DNA of 64,000 bases from positions 177,816,001-177,880,000 of the forward strand of contig OZ038378.1 in the NCBI GenBank assembly GCA_964036045.1. The letters run 5' to 3'. This document shows, piece after piece, positions 62,093-64,000 of this stretch; the stretch's first letter is position 1; each line of letters starts with the position of its first letter. Origin of the DNA: Eutreptiella sp. 'Long Island Sound 2002' (taxonomy: Eukaryota > Protista > Euglenida). Under the pieces are notes generated by a model. That model saw only the letters and a program-made list of their open reading frames with translations, was not told the origin of the DNA and made no database searches. The position numbers and the translations under genes were made by a program.

Positions 62093-64000
62093 AAATGAGG
62101 AGCAGTTTAGATACTCTTCAGAAAAAGCAGGCGACTGCACAATGGCAATCATTTGTTGGGAGGGTGGATACGCTGGTGCCATGAATACAAAAGCCTTGGT
62201 TGAGTCTGGTAGAGGAGCACCTGGTGATCCCCTCAAAAAAAAGAGCATGACACTCGTCCCGCAGCCACGCACCCACATGAAACAATCCAAATGCAGGCGC
62301 GCACCTTTTCTGATTTGTTTTTTCTTTTGGGGGTCCCGATTTACCGTCTCGATGAGCGTAGGATACCTGAGAGCACTTGAGTGCACGAGGTACGCGTTGG
62401 GACTAGCCCAAGATTCTGTGGCGTGTGCTTGGGCCATCCAGTCGTCTCGAGTCAACACAAGGGATTGCCCTCTCTGAACACTGCTACAGAGGATGCTGGC
62501 AAGGACCAGGACCGCGCCGCAGGGAGAAAAGCCCAGAAGACCGCACTATTCAGAAATTTGGAAAGGTATGATTAAGCGAGAATCGAGTGAACCGTAAAGA
62601 CAACATAAAATTCTCGGGCGGACCGCAGGCCGCATATGTTCCGTGCAACACCGTCACACGTAATGAGGTGGCCAAAGTGCCCGAAGGTGAAGAAAGACAC
62701 TCTGAGCCGCTCTTACACATTGGTCTGATCCCGTCGTACAAATGGAAGTGGGTTTTGAGGGTTACACTGAGCACAAACACCACAACGTCCGCTCAGATAC
62801 CACACAGTGTTACCATAATTTGTGCGCACCGGGCTGACGTCGCACCGCATGGCGCACGACGCGCAACGCACGGGCACAACCTCAGAAGGAATACACAGAC
62901 CAAAACACTGAAGCCCTGAGTGCCATTCCTCTCAAGGGTGCACATCATGTGTCATGCGTTGCGTCGTTTGTTGGTCAGGTGGGCTGACTGAGCCCTTGAA
63001 TTGTATTTTTCCAACAATTCGGAATTCCTTTGCACTGCTGGATAAGAAGGCACTCAAAACAAGGCATCCCGTTGCAAAAGAAATAAACCTTTGTGCAATA
63101 GAACAGCGTGGGGAGGAACACACCTCCAGAAGGGAGCAAGGGACATGTCAGGCAGCTACGCCCACAAGAACAAATACTATGCTTGATCTTAGCCAAGGTG
63201 CATGGATCGCCAGGCTGGCACGTCTCCTGGCAGGCCCTCAGTGGGCAAGGTGTTGCAACAACACAAAATATGCGGAGAATGCACAGAAATGTAATTCGAG
63301 CATGCGACACATAAGGGGCAAGGGGCGATGGAGCGCCCATCGATACCACAACCCTCCCCTTGTCCAAACAACGGTTCGGGCCCTAAAAAGTTGCCCTCCG
63401 GCATCGGTCTGGGAAGTCTCAGTGCATAGTCATGAATACGGCGCCCTGAGGCGCCGTCACAGATTGCCCACAAATATGGCGCCAGGGGCGCCCGCACAGG
63501 TTGTTCATTGCATTGGACAAGGGGGGGGGGGGGGGCTAGAAGAATGCAAAGGTCAAATCACTCCCAGTCTTGCCGTGTTTGCAAGGTACCATAGAGGAGT
63601 GCTAACTGGGTCACTCACAGGCGACAAAAACATCCTAACGGAACCGAAATTGACTGGTAATTGAAGCATCAGTAAAATGCACGCACGAGGAAGACAACGA
63701 CAAACGGAGCAGGGAAGCAATTGTGGGGGCGGGGGCAGACTCCAACTTCCACTACCCCCCAGTGTACCATCAACCCGAACCAACAACTGACAATAGACTG
63801 TCTACAGCCTCCAGACCAACGGTTGTACCGCAGTACCTGCCAAGTGCACCAAGTGCTGGCGACGAGGGCGACGCTTGCGACGAGTGTTGCAGTGGCTGTA
63901 CCCGTTACCAAAGAACATTTTAGGGGAAGGAGGTAGGGCTTGGAGCCTGTTCTGCGGGTTCTCAGAGACATCAACTGAGTCTTGGCCCTTCGTGCAGGGG

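Overview
Eukaryotic, intron-rich and repeat-rich DNA. The organism cannot be fixed from the sequence; long GT-AG introns and many poly-G/C runs suggest a large-genome protist, possibly euglenid-like (inference). The one clearly supported gene is an 11-exon, minus-strand high-molecular-weight thioredoxin reductase (7892-29855; 1515 nt CDS, 504 aa; all ten introns GT-AG). It ends in the selenium-free, Plasmodium-type tail GGCGGGKCG*. Upstream of its ATG lies an in-frame 51-codon extension interrupted only by one UGA-C. Its introns carry mobile-element debris, including a ~3.4 kb element with a J-domain ORF, a Ulp1-like fragment and an inverted repeat pair bracketing exons 7-8. The left end holds a decayed LINE-like element and two TIR elements. 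Positions 36054-60860 are six near-identical head-to-tail 4134-bp units with an alternating SNP pattern. Diverged relatives of the unit lie on both flanks, one with an intact uncharacterised ORF (33376-33984). Each unit contains an ~80-nt structured, poly(A)-tailed insert flanked by a 16-bp target-site duplication. No rRNA, tRNA or CRISPR array could be supported.
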